Assembly: GCA_038045945.1 (NCBI GenBank)
Contig: JBBSXC010000003.1
Span: 128,001 to 192,000 of the forward strand
DNA from: Nanobdellota archaeon
GTDB lineage: Archaea; Nanobdellota; Nanobdellia; Pacearchaeales; GW2011-AR1
Length of the DNA: 64,000 bases
Direction: 5' to 3'
Shown here one piece after another: positions 38,916-48,285 of the stretch (its first letter is position 1; every line of letters begins with the position of its first letter). The position numbers and the translations under genes are program-made. The notes under the pieces are model-generated. The model saw only the letters and a list, made by a program, of their open reading frames with translations. It made no database searches and was not told the origin of the DNA.

Positions 38916-39003
38916 AGAGAACAAAAAATTTTATTTTTTTATTCTTTAAAATTTTTATTTTTATATTTTTGAGGAAAATGAAAGGAATGATCTAATTGCA
39001 AAT

Positions 39004-39561
39004 ATGGAAAATAACCTAAAGGTCACAAGCAAAAAAGGACAAGTATGGATAGAAACAGTGATTTACTTACTTATCGGCCTAGGAGTAATAGGAGTATTAT
39101 TAGCATTCATAAAACCTCAAATTGACGAAGCAATTGACAAAAACATAATAGAAAAAAGCATAGACTCACTAAACAAGATCGACTCACTAATAAGCGAAAT
39201 ATCATACGTACCAGGAAATTCTAGAACAATAATACTAGCACTAAAAAAAGGATCATTATTCATAAACACCACAGCAGATACCATAAAGATAACAGTACCA
39301 AACAGTAAGCACGAATACAGCGAAATAGGAAGAACAATAGAAATACCAGGAACAAGAATACAAGCATTAACAAACAAAACAGGAGAAGTAACAACAATAT
39401 CACTAGTAATGAACTATAACATAACAACAAACATAACACACAACGAAAGAGAAGAAAACGCAGAATTCAAAGCAAGCGAAACATCATACAACCTAATAGT
39501 AAGAAACCTAGGAAGCGAAAACAGAATAATAAACATAGACTTTACAATACCAGGACAATAA
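39004..39561 (+). CDS. class III signal peptide (pilin-like) protein
   Basis: KKG|QVWIETVIYLLIG. Confidence 0.85.
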   Translation: MENNLKVTSKKGQVWIETVIYLLIGLGVIGVLLAFIKPQIDEAIDKNIIEKSIDSLNKIDSLISEISYVPGNSRTIILALKKGSLFINTTADTIKITVPNSKHEYSEIGRTIEIPGTRIQALTNKTGEVTTISLVMNYNITTNITHNEREENAEFKASETSYNLIVRNLGSENRIINIDFTIPGQ

Positions 39562-39568
39562 AAAAAGT

Positions 39569-39946
39569 TTAGTGAGAACCATTAGCAGTCAAATAATTAA
39601 CAATATTCCAAAAACCATCATTTCTGTAAGGAACAACACCAAAATCAGCAAGAGAGAGCTTAAGAACAGGACGATCAGAAGCAACTACTCCAGGAGGATC
39701 ATCCAACCTATGAATACCACTAGGAGTAACAATAATCTGATCACCATCTAATGAATCAAGAACAAAGGTAAAATCAGTACCACTAACATCACAATAAGCA
39801 TGATAAGCCTTACTAGGAACCAAATCATCCTTTCTCAAAACTTGATTAGAAGATCTAACACGACGATCTGAAGAATAAAGAGTAACTGCAGGAGAACCTT
39901 CTAAACAACCACAAAAATCATCCTGAAGACCAAAGCGTCTAGCCAT
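39569..39946 (-). CDS. hypothetical protein
   Basis: start MARRFG; T-ending codons. Confidence 0.55.
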   Translation of the reverse strand: MARRFGLQDDFCGCLEGSPAVTLYSSDRRVRSSNQVLRKDDLVPSKAYHAYCDVSGTDFTFVLDSLDGDQIIVTPSGIHRLDDPPGVVASDRPVLKLSLADFGVVPYRNDGFWNIVNYLTANGSH

Positions 39947-40014
39947 TAAAAAAAATGAAATGATAATCATTTAAAGATGTCGGCAATGAAGGGCAATAAT
40001 TAAAATATTGGTAT

Positions 40015-40431
40015 TTAGAACTCTCTGAACCTACAGTTTCCCGTATGTCCATAAATCTCTAAGAGCAGAGATTTGTTAGAACCAAAATGTGCTGAAAAGC
40101 TCTCTACAGTTTCCTTAAGCTTGGATTCAATTTCTTTAATTATCTCAAATCCTTGCTTAGGCTTAGCTAGATTATTAGAAAGATGCGCAAAAGGCACGAT
40201 AACAGCTTTATTTCTATTTACATCCTTACAAGTCTTAATTATCTCACTTACAATACCATCTACTGCTTTAATCCCATCTCCTTCTTCAACCGTGATAAAT
40301 ACAACAACACAGTCTGTACATTCTTGTTTCTCTTTTCCATTTACTTCCTCATGAAATATCTCTTTAGGCCTATTAGCCAAACTATCAAATTCAACACCGA
40401 AATTCTTAGCATTGACAATTAATGATTTCAT
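40015..40431 (-). CDS. stand-alone archaeal threonyl-tRNA synthetase editing domain
   Basis: VVVFITVEEGD, IVPFAHLSNNLAKP, FG..K.L.L...GH. Confidence 0.88.
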   Translation of the reverse strand: MKSLIVNAKNFGVEFDSLANRPKEIFHEEVNGKEKQECTDCVVVFITVEEGDGIKAVDGIVSEIIKTCKDVNRNKAVIVPFAHLSNNLAKPKQGFEIIKEIESKLKETVESFSAHFGSNKSLLLEIYGHTGNCRFREF

Positions 40432-40991
40432 GGCCTATTCTGTAGTTTTCTTTTCATTACTACAGGTACTGACTGTGGATCACGAATGAATGAGGCAACA
40501 TCCTCTAAGAAAACCTTAGCACTGCGCGGATTTCCATCTTGATACTTAGAAAAAATCCCTCCAAAAAAAGCTTTATGTCGGTCATCTCTTTGCAAAGTAA
40601 CTTCTAATTCACGCCTAGGAGTACACCATCTTCTCATAACAAACTCTTGATAGGCCATATAATTAGTATTAGATGGCCCATTGAATCCTCCCAAGATCAC
40701 TAACACACTTGGTACATCATCATACATTTCTTGGGCCTCACAAAATTTTGCAACATCGACCTGATTACCATCACGGCTTTTATACTCCACACCTATCTTA
40801 ATAAAACGATCATTACATCCAGGGCCACAGTTGTAGTAATCAACACCCATGAGGCTAAAACCGGCTAGTATACGTTTCTCACACACAAGAGAACCTTTGC
40901 CATCTGGTTTCCACTCTTCCATCCTCTTCTCAATAATCTTAGCTAAACCACCAAGGACTTCTCTTGCGTCATTCTTTTCGTTCGTTTTCAT
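40428..40991 (-). CDS. hypothetical protein
   Basis: 187-aa ORF, 4-nt overlap with the editing-domain gene. Confidence 0.6.
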   Translation of the reverse strand: MKTNEKNDAREVLGGLAKIIEKRMEEWKPDGKGSLVCEKRILAGFSLMGVDYYNCGPGCNDRFIKIGVEYKSRDGNQVDVAKFCEAQEMYDDVPSVLVILGGFNGPSNTNYMAYQEFVMRRWCTPRRELEVTLQRDDRHKAFFGGIFSKYQDGNPRSAKVFLEDVASFIRDPQSVPVVMKRKLQNRP

Positions 40992-41067
40992 TACTTCCTC
41001 AAGAACACTCTATTGATTAAACTTATTACTACCTTATTTGTCAAAAGGGAAGATTTAAATACATATT

Positions 41068-42045
41068 ATGCCTTTTAGTCAAGTGTTAGATAGCACCGAT
41101 AAAAAGATACTTTACGAGCTTAATTGGAATGCCCGCCAAAGCAACAACTCTATAGCTAAAAAACTAAGGATATCAAAACAGGTCACTAACTACAGAATTA
41201 AGAGAATGGAGAAAGACGGAATAATATCAAGTTATCACGCAGTTATAGATTGGAGAAGACTAGGATACAACGCCTTGCGAGTTTACATAAAATGGAACAA
41301 TATAACACTTGAAGAAGAAGCAAAAATTCACGAACATATAAGAAAAGACCCACTTTTTATGTGGTCTATAAAATTTGGTGGAGAGATTGATCTAGGATTC
41401 TACGTTTGGATAAAAGACATACCATCTTTTTCTAAACAATGGCAAGAATTCATAACAAAATACAAACAATTTATACAAAAATACGAAATTTATGAATCAG
41501 TAGAAATGATACATTACCCGATGAAGTTTCTGTGGCCAGAAAAAAAGAATACGGAAGAATTAACAATAGGACAAGAAAACTTTATTGATTACGATGACAA
41601 AGACTACCAAATACTAAAAGCAATAACAATAAACGGCAGAATACCAATACTGGAACTCTCAACAAAGATTAGACTAACACCAAAATCAATAATTAACAGA
41701 ATAAAAAATCTTGAGAAGAAAAAAATAATTGTTGGATACTACACACTAATTAATTCTGAACTAATAGGCTACCACTTCTACAAGGTAGACTTTTACCTTA
41801 ACAACCTAAAAAATATCAAACTAATGAACGACCACGCTAAAAACCATAATAACATTGTTTACAGAATGAACACGATTGGAGGACCAGATTTTGAAATTGA
41901 AGTAATGGTAGAAAACGTGGATGCTTTAGAAAAGATTATTACAGAAATAAGGAAAAATTTTGCTAAAGACATTAACTATTACAGAACTCACAGACTAGAA
42001 AAAACTATAAAACAGGTATACTTGCCAGGAGAAAGCACGATATGA
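41068..42045 (+). CDS. tandem Lrp/AsnC-family transcriptional regulator
   Basis: two LDxxDxxIL..L..N.R HTH + RAM modules. Confidence 0.9.
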   Translation: MPFSQVLDSTDKKILYELNWNARQSNNSIAKKLRISKQVTNYRIKRMEKDGIISSYHAVIDWRRLGYNALRVYIKWNNITLEEEAKIHEHIRKDPLFMWSIKFGGEIDLGFYVWIKDIPSFSKQWQEFITKYKQFIQKYEIYESVEMIHYPMKFLWPEKKNTEELTIGQENFIDYDDKDYQILKAITINGRIPILELSTKIRLTPKSIINRIKNLEKKKIIVGYYTLINSELIGYHFYKVDFYLNNLKNIKLMNDHAKNHNNIVYRMNTIGGPDFEIEVMVENVDALEKIITEIRKNFAKDINYYRTHRLEKTIKQVYLPGESTI

Positions 42046-42124
42046 GAATAATGAAGATAAGCTTTATAATGACTTTCAGACTAAATAAACTAATGAAAAG
42101 AGGTCTTTTGTAAAAAAGTTCTAG

Positions 42125-43666
42125 ATGGGAATAAAGATTAATGATTTAGAAATGGATTTAAGTCCGGCAGTACCAGCACTAAAAATGATGAGTGATAAAA
42201 CTCAAGTAGACATAAGGTACCCTTTAATATCACCATTCGCATACGCGCACATATACTGGAATGAAGAACAAGGAGAATTACTATACGAATTAGAAGAACC
42301 AGTAATCACAGAACAAGAAAAAATAATACTAGAAGAATTAGAAGAAGCAATGAGAGACATAATAAACGTTGATGTAGTACACGAAAGAGACTTACAATCA
42401 CTAGTAGAATACACAGACAAAACAGCAAGACTACTAATATCAGAACTAAGCATATCACTAGACGAAGAAACATACAACAAACTATTCTACTACTTATTTC
42501 GAGACTTCGTAGGACTAAACGAAATAGAAGCAATAATGAAAGACTACTTCATAGAAGACATAGAATGTAACGGAGTAGACGCACCAATATACATAGTTCA
42601 CAGAATATACAGAAACATAAAAACAAATATTGTTTACAAAGATATTGAACAATTAGCAAGCTTCGTAGAAAAACTAGCACAAAAAGGCGGAAGGTACATA
42701 TCATACGCAAACCCATTACTAGACGCAACACTACCAGACGGAAGTAGAGTTAACGCAACATACACAAAAGACATAACAAGCAGAGGACCAACATTCACAA
42801 TAAGAAAATTCACAAAGATACCATGGACACCAATAAAACTATTATCATTCAACACGTTAAGCCCTGAGATGTTAGCATACTTTTGGATACTAGTACAACA
42901 CAGAGCAAACATACTAATAAGCGGGGGAACAGGAACAGGAAAAACAACCCTACTAAACGCAATAGCATTCTTCATACCACCAGAAGCAAGAGTAGTATCA
43001 ATTGAAGACACAAGAGAATTACAATTATCTAGAGAAAACTGGTTACCAACAGTGGCTAGAAGCGCATTATCAACAGGGCAAAGCGTTGGAGAAGTGGATA
43101 TGTTCTCACTGCTAAAAAACTCTTTCAGACAAAACCCCGATTACGTAATAGTTGGAGAAGTAAGAGGAAAAGAAGCTTCCGTTTTATTCCAAGGAATGGC
43201 ATCAGGCCACGCCAGTATGAGCACAATACACGCAGATAGCGTGCAAGGAGTAATAAGAAGACTTGAAACACCACCAATAGAATTATCACCAAGCCTTCTA
43301 GAAACATTAGACGCAGTAGTAATAATGAGTCATACTGTAGTAAACAAAAAAGAAACAAGACGCCTAAGAGAAGTCGTAGAAATAGTTGAAATAAACGATC
43401 ATGGAGAAGCAAAAGTAAACACACCATTCGTATGGAACCCTATAGGAGACACATTCTTCTTCAAAAAAGAAAGCGTAGTACTAAAAAAAATAGCTTACAA
43501 GTATGGAATAACATACGAAGAATTACAAAAAGAGTTCATGCTGAGAACAAGACTAATATACTCACTATACAAAAAAGGAGTTAACGACTTTGAAGAAATA
43601 CAAAGGATAATCCTAGACTACTACAAAGACCCTAATTCTGTGCTAAAAAAATACGGAGTAATATAA
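42125..43666 (+). CDS. type IV pilus assembly ATPase (FlaI/TadA/VirB11 family)
   Basis: IEDIECNG, LPDGSRVNA, FTIRKF, GGTGTGKTT, RQNPDYVIVGEVRG, GHASMSTIHA. Confidence 0.95.
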   Translation: MGIKINDLEMDLSPAVPALKMMSDKTQVDIRYPLISPFAYAHIYWNEEQGELLYELEEPVITEQEKIILEELEEAMRDIINVDVVHERDLQSLVEYTDKTARLLISELSISLDEETYNKLFYYLFRDFVGLNEIEAIMKDYFIEDIECNGVDAPIYIVHRIYRNIKTNIVYKDIEQLASFVEKLAQKGGRYISYANPLLDATLPDGSRVNATYTKDITSRGPTFTIRKFTKIPWTPIKLLSFNTLSPEMLAYFWILVQHRANILISGGTGTGKTTLLNAIAFFIPPEARVVSIEDTRELQLSRENWLPTVARSALSTGQSVGEVDMFSLLKNSFRQNPDYVIVGEVRGKEASVLFQGMASGHASMSTIHADSVQGVIRRLETPPIELSPSLLETLDAVVIMSHTVVNKKETRRLREVVEIVEINDHGEAKVNTPFVWNPIGDTFFFKKESVVLKKIAYKYGITYEELQKEFMLRTRLIYSLYKKGVNDFEEIQRIILDYYKDPNSVLKKYGVI

Positions 43667-43670
43667 AAAC

Positions 43671-43835
43671 ATGGATGACAGAAAAATAGAATTAATAACA
43701 CAACTAGTAGAAACGATGAATGACGACCTAACAAAACTTAAAGAATCATACGAAAAAAAAGATATTGAAAAATTAAAAAAAATAAAAGAAGAAATGATAA
43801 AAATTCAAAAAAAGATAGAAGAAGTAACAAAATGA
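43671..43835 (+). CDS. 54-aa helical protein in pilus operon (absent from ORF track)
   Basis: MDDRKIELITQLVETMNDDLTKLKESYEKKDIEKLKKIKEEMIKIQKKIEEVTK; ATGA overlap with the next gene. Confidence 0.7.
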   Translation: MDDRKIELITQLVETMNDDLTKLKESYEKKDIEKLKKIKEEMIKIQKKIEEVTK

Positions 43836-45154
43836 CACTACAAAACTTATCAGACAACATAAAAAAACAAAGAGAACTAACAAAAGAACTAAAATACTTT
43901 AATGAATACTTAGAAAGAAGACTATCAGATATACCAGAAAGAAAAGATGCAGAGTTAGACTTATTCTCAAGAACTATGAATTCTCTAATGACACAACTAA
44001 AAATAGTAAACTCATCAATACCAGAACTACTAAAAAATTTATCAATATCACAAAAACTACCAGAAAGCAGGAGTTACCAAACAAAAGACGAAGTAAAAAA
44101 CTTAGTAAAAGTAGAATACAACAACTCAAGAAAAAAGTTAGAATCAGTAACACTAAAAAAAGACGATAAACAAAAATACTTCAAGGAATTAAGAATAAGT
44201 TCAGAACTAATAAGCAAACTAAGAGGAAGAATAGAAAAAAAGCCAACAGTTGGAGGAATAAGCTTACAATCACCAAGTTTGTACGGAAAAATATCAAACT
44301 TTTTCTATAGAAAAACATCAAAAAGACTACTAGACAAAGGACACTTCAGAAACCTTAATATTTCTTTAAGAAAAAGTAATAGCCCATTCATAATAAACAC
44401 TTACTTATCAATAATGCTATTCACACTAACAATACTATTACCTGTAGGAATAGTAATATCATCAATACTAGCAAAAATAGGATGGTTAGGATCAGGATTA
44501 ACAGAAGTAATGGTCTTTAAACAAATAGGAGTAATAATAGGAGTTGAACTAGCGGCATGGATAATAATATATTTTTCTCCAGCAATGGACGTATCAGCAG
44601 CAGCAAAAAAAATAGAACAAGAACTACCATTCGTAACAGTGCACATGGCGGCAATAGCAGGAAGTGGAATAGAACCTAGTAAAATATTCTCAATAATAGT
44701 AGCAAGTGACGACTACCCAAACGCAAGAAAAGAAATAATAAAAGTCATAAACCAAATAAACTATTACGGTTACGACTTGGTAAACGCACTAAAAAACGTA
44801 GCTAAAGGAACAAGCAGCGTAAAACTAGCAGAATTATTCAAGGGACTTGCAACAACTATATCAGGAGGAGGCTCACTAGAAGCATTCTTACATAAAAGAG
44901 CAGAAACACTCCTACTAGACTACAGACTAGACAGAGAAAAATACACTCACATAGCAGAAAACTTCATGAATATTTACATAGCACTAGTAATAGCAGCACC
45001 TATGATATTCTTACTATTACTAATACTAATAGGAATAAGCGGAACGGGACTTAACTACACACCATTCCAACTAAGCATAATGATAATATCAGGAGTTATA
45101 ATAATAAACATAATATTCTTAGTAGCAATAAACGCAAAACAACCAACGTACTGA
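43832..45154 (+). CDS. type II secretion system F family (TadC/FlaJ-like) platform protein
   Basis: IEQELPF..HMAAIAGSG, GYDLVNAL, SGGGSL..FL, C-terminal TMs. Confidence 0.9.
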   Translation: MTLQNLSDNIKKQRELTKELKYFNEYLERRLSDIPERKDAELDLFSRTMNSLMTQLKIVNSSIPELLKNLSISQKLPESRSYQTKDEVKNLVKVEYNNSRKKLESVTLKKDDKQKYFKELRISSELISKLRGRIEKKPTVGGISLQSPSLYGKISNFFYRKTSKRLLDKGHFRNLNISLRKSNSPFIINTYLSIMLFTLTILLPVGIVISSILAKIGWLGSGLTEVMVFKQIGVIIGVELAAWIIIYFSPAMDVSAAAKKIEQELPFVTVHMAAIAGSGIEPSKIFSIIVASDDYPNARKEIIKVINQINYYGYDLVNALKNVAKGTSSVKLAELFKGLATTISGGGSLEAFLHKRAETLLLDYRLDREKYTHIAENFMNIYIALVIAAPMIFLLLLILIGISGTGLNYTPFQLSIMIISGVIIINIIFLVAINAKQPTY

Positions 45155-45218
45155 CAAAGGTTCAAAGGAAACAAGAGCTATAAAACAATTTAAATATAAC
45201 AAAAATCTACTAATAAGC

Positions 45219-46454
45219 ATGAAAAGGTTAATGATTTTTATACTAGGACTTATTTTAGTAACAACTCTTGTTATGGCTTCACCACCATCACCTCCCTCTC
45301 AAGCAGCATGCTCAGTACCAATATGTGATGGAAGAGTCGATACAGGAATTAAAGACAGTAACGGATGCACAATCTATGACTGCCCAACAACCCCAATAAC
45401 TTGCTCAATGCCAGCATGTGAAAATTATGAAGTAATGGGCAAAGACCCTAACACAGGATGCTCAATCTATGCTTGTCAAACAACACCAGGACCAAAATCA
45501 TGCACAGCACCAATTTGCGAAGGAAGACAAGACAGCGGAAATAAAGATGCTAATGGCTGTCCGATATACACATGCCAAACACGAAGCAACGATTACGTAA
45601 GCGAAACAATAACATGCAAATTTATTGATTCTAAAGAAGAACAAGGATGCTACGCAGTATCAGGAAGCTCAACAACAGTAGAAGCTAACACACAAAAAAT
45701 TACAAGTTGTAAAGGCATAGAAAGTTGCAGTTTCAAATTCAATTCACAAAAAGGAGAAAAAGTAACATGGAAAAGCACTTGTGGAGGATACGGATACACG
45801 ACCCAAGATGGTAATGATGAAGAAATAAAGTTTTGTGATACCCAAGAAACAAGACCAGGAGTAACACCAATCGAGATAAAAGGTGACGGATTCATGATAG
45901 CTTACTGGCAATGTCATAACGGTGAAGAACAAAAAGAGTCAGAAGAAGAATGTAAGTCATACGCAGAATGGCAAAGTAAAGCTTCAGAATCATGCTATAA
46001 TAAGTGCTCAAATACAAACGGAGTTGACAAATGCGGAGTTAACTCATTCAGCCTAATAAGAGAATGCCACCTAGAAAAGGAGGATGAAAGCTCAGGCGGA
46101 AGCGGTGGAGGCTCATCAGGAAGCGATTCGTCAGACAAATGCCCAGATTACAAAGAAGCATGCGACTTTGGCAAGGAAAGTGCTTGCAAAATATGGAAAG
46201 AAGAATGTGGTATTGACGAAAAAGTAACTATTTGTAAAGATTCATGCTCACTTGACAGCAAGTGTTACCCATTTGGGTATAGAAAGAGCGGGAATTATTG
46301 TTCTGATAGTGGCTCTTTCACAAAACAATTTGAATCAGAATCACAATGCGATAACAACTTTGAGTGTGGAAGCAATTTGTGTGTTTCAAACCAGTGCGTA
46401 AGTCAAGGACTAATAGAACAAATAATGGCTTGGTTTAAAAGCATATTCGGATAA
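45219..46454 (+). CDS. secreted Cys-rich surface protein with three antistasin-like repeats
   Basis: signal peptide; 3x C..P.C...KD.(N/T)GC.IY.C; C-terminal CDNNFECGSNLCVSNQC + WFKSIFG amphipathic tail. Confidence 0.8.
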   Translation: MKRLMIFILGLILVTTLVMASPPSPPSQAACSVPICDGRVDTGIKDSNGCTIYDCPTTPITCSMPACENYEVMGKDPNTGCSIYACQTTPGPKSCTAPICEGRQDSGNKDANGCPIYTCQTRSNDYVSETITCKFIDSKEEQGCYAVSGSSTTVEANTQKITSCKGIESCSFKFNSQKGEKVTWKSTCGGYGYTTQDGNDEEIKFCDTQETRPGVTPIEIKGDGFMIAYWQCHNGEEQKESEEECKSYAEWQSKASESCYNKCSNTNGVDKCGVNSFSLIRECHLEKEDESSGGSGGGSSGSDSSDKCPDYKEACDFGKESACKIWKEECGIDEKVTICKDSCSLDSKCYPFGYRKSGNYCSDSGSFTKQFESESQCDNNFECGSNLCVSNQCVSQGLIEQIMAWFKSIFG

Positions 46455-46458
46455 AAAA

Positions 46459-46746
46459 ATGGTTAGAATAGAAAACCCTCTTGCAATAGCTAGTACATTT
46501 CTTGTAATGGGATTATTCTTATTAATAATAGGTTACTTCATATACAGAAAACCAGAAAAATTTATAGGAATACGTTTCGTTAGAGGAGTGGGAGGGTACA
46601 ACTTAAGCAATAAAGGTTTCTGGAAAACTTATAATCAAAGGTACGGAAAAGAAAAAGCCATAAAATACATGAAGATAAACGGGGCAATACTAATGATTCT
46701 TGGAATAATTATGACCGTTTTTGGTATAATAAAGTTCTTTATATAA
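46459..46746 (+). CDS. two-TM membrane protein
   Basis: 95 aa, two hydrophobic helices. Confidence 0.6.
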   Translation: MVRIENPLAIASTFLVMGLFLLIIGYFIYRKPEKFIGIRFVRGVGGYNLSNKGFWKTYNQRYGKEKAIKYMKINGAILMILGIIMTVFGIIKFFI

Positions 46747-46750
46747 AAAA

Positions 46751-47875
46751 TTATTTGTTATCTACACCTATTGCTTGGCTAATATTATCATAACCGTCAT
46801 TAGCAAGAAGCTTTGCTAATCCCTCATTAATTTCACTAATAACACTAGGACCGTTATAAATCATACCAGTAATCAGTTGAATAAGTGTTGCTCCAAGCTT
46901 AATCTTCTCATAAGCATCAATAGCCGTAAAAACGCCACCACAACCAATAATTACGAATCTCTTACCATAATTCTTGTAAGCAAAAGCAATAAGCCTGTTA
47001 CTTAGCTCTTTAGTTGGTAAACCACTAAGAGCGCCCTTACGATTAGCCAAAAGTGCTACCTCACTTTTGTCCAACCGAGGATTATCCCTATTCTTAGTTA
47101 AGTTACCAAAAATTAATCCACTAACATTATGCTTTAATGCAACCTCGCACAAACCCTTAGTCTCAAAAATCGATAAATCAGTCGGCATCTTAAGAAAAAC
47201 AGGTTTACTTATATCAAGTTTATCAATCTTTGATAATAACTTATTAAGCTTCTTAGGAGTAGTAAAGGGTTCACCACCAAAAGCGTTAGGACAAGAAACG
47301 TTTATTTCATAAAAATCACCCACACCATTATCAACTAGTAACTTTAGGGTATCAAAATAGTCATTAATCCCTTGCGCTTCATTAACTGTCCTTTCACAAT
47401 TAGTTTTAGCAACACTAACACCTAAAGGTATAGAGAAAGCCTTATTTTTTAAAGAAAAAACTATTTTTTTTGCGCCAAGATTCTTAAGCCCCTTATTAAC
47501 AAGAATAGACTTAGAATTAGGAAGTCTTAGAAGTCTAGGCTTAGGATTACCTTCATAAGAACCCCTAGTTATTGAACCAATAGTCGAAAAACCAAAACCT
47601 ACACTAGGAAGAATTTGTGTAAGACGGCCGTTATAATCAAAACCAGCAGATAAACCAATAGGGTTAGAAAAATTTATTCCAAGAACATTCTGATTTAAAA
47701 CTTTGTTATTATAAGAAAAAAAACTTTTAGTTAAAGTTTTAGTTAAAATGTTAGAACCTAAACTTTCCCCTATAGAAACAAAAGAGTCATGAACTACTTC
47801 AGGATCAAACTTAAAGAGTATTGGCTTAACTAAAACCCTATAAACAAAACCATTAATTTTTTGACGAATAACCAT
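46751..47875 (-). CDS. pyrD: dihydroorotate dehydrogenase, class 2 (quinone)-like
   Basis: DPEVVH, NPIGLSAGFD, GNPKPRL.RL, NVSCPN, GALSGLP, IIGCGGV, QLITG. Confidence 0.92.
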   Translation of the reverse strand: MVIRQKINGFVYRVLVKPILFKFDPEVVHDSFVSIGESLGSNILTKTLTKSFFSYNNKVLNQNVLGINFSNPIGLSAGFDYNGRLTQILPSVGFGFSTIGSITRGSYEGNPKPRLLRLPNSKSILVNKGLKNLGAKKIVFSLKNKAFSIPLGVSVAKTNCERTVNEAQGINDYFDTLKLLVDNGVGDFYEINVSCPNAFGGEPFTTPKKLNKLLSKIDKLDISKPVFLKMPTDLSIFETKGLCEVALKHNVSGLIFGNLTKNRDNPRLDKSEVALLANRKGALSGLPTKELSNRLIAFAYKNYGKRFVIIGCGGVFTAIDAYEKIKLGATLIQLITGMIYNGPSVISEINEGLAKLLANDGYDNISQAIGVDNK

Positions 47876-47880
47876 TTTTT

Positions 47881-48285
47881 TTATTCAACTATAAGTGTTC
47901 CAGTACCCATGCCCATACCACACCTAAAAGTGAATGATCCTTTTTTGTCAGGGGTGAAATTAATAGTATCGCTAGGCGATGATGATAACTCATCAACACC
48001 AAAGTCAGGGATGACAAAACTTCTAAAACAACCACTAACGCTACTATCAAGAGTAATACTAACAGGCAGACCCATCTTAACTCTTATAGTATTAGGATAA
48101 TAATTATAGTTTTTGTAACTAATAACAACTTTTTGAGCATTAGAATCAATAGTGCCGTTATCAGAACCGCCAGAATCAGAAGAGTTAGACTTAACAAAGA
48201 AAACTATAGCAATAACAACTATTAGAACTAAAGTAGCATACTTCCAAAACTTACTCTTATCAATAGTTATTGTATCCTCGCTCAT
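47881..48285 (-). CDS. membrane-anchored cupredoxin-domain protein
   Basis: YYPNTIRV, GC, FTPDKKGSFTFRCGMGM. Confidence 0.85.
   Translation of the reverse strand: MSEDTITIDKSKFWKYATLVLIVVIAIVFFVKSNSSDSGGSDNGTIDSNAQKVVISYKNYNYYPNTIRVKMGLPVSITLDSSVSGCFRSFVIPDFGVDELSSSPSDTINFTPDKKGSFTFRCGMGMGTGTLIVE

Noticed and set aside
36004-45154. Archaellum locus
   Set aside because: No FlaH, FlaF or FlaG-like genes recognised; subunits look like pilins.
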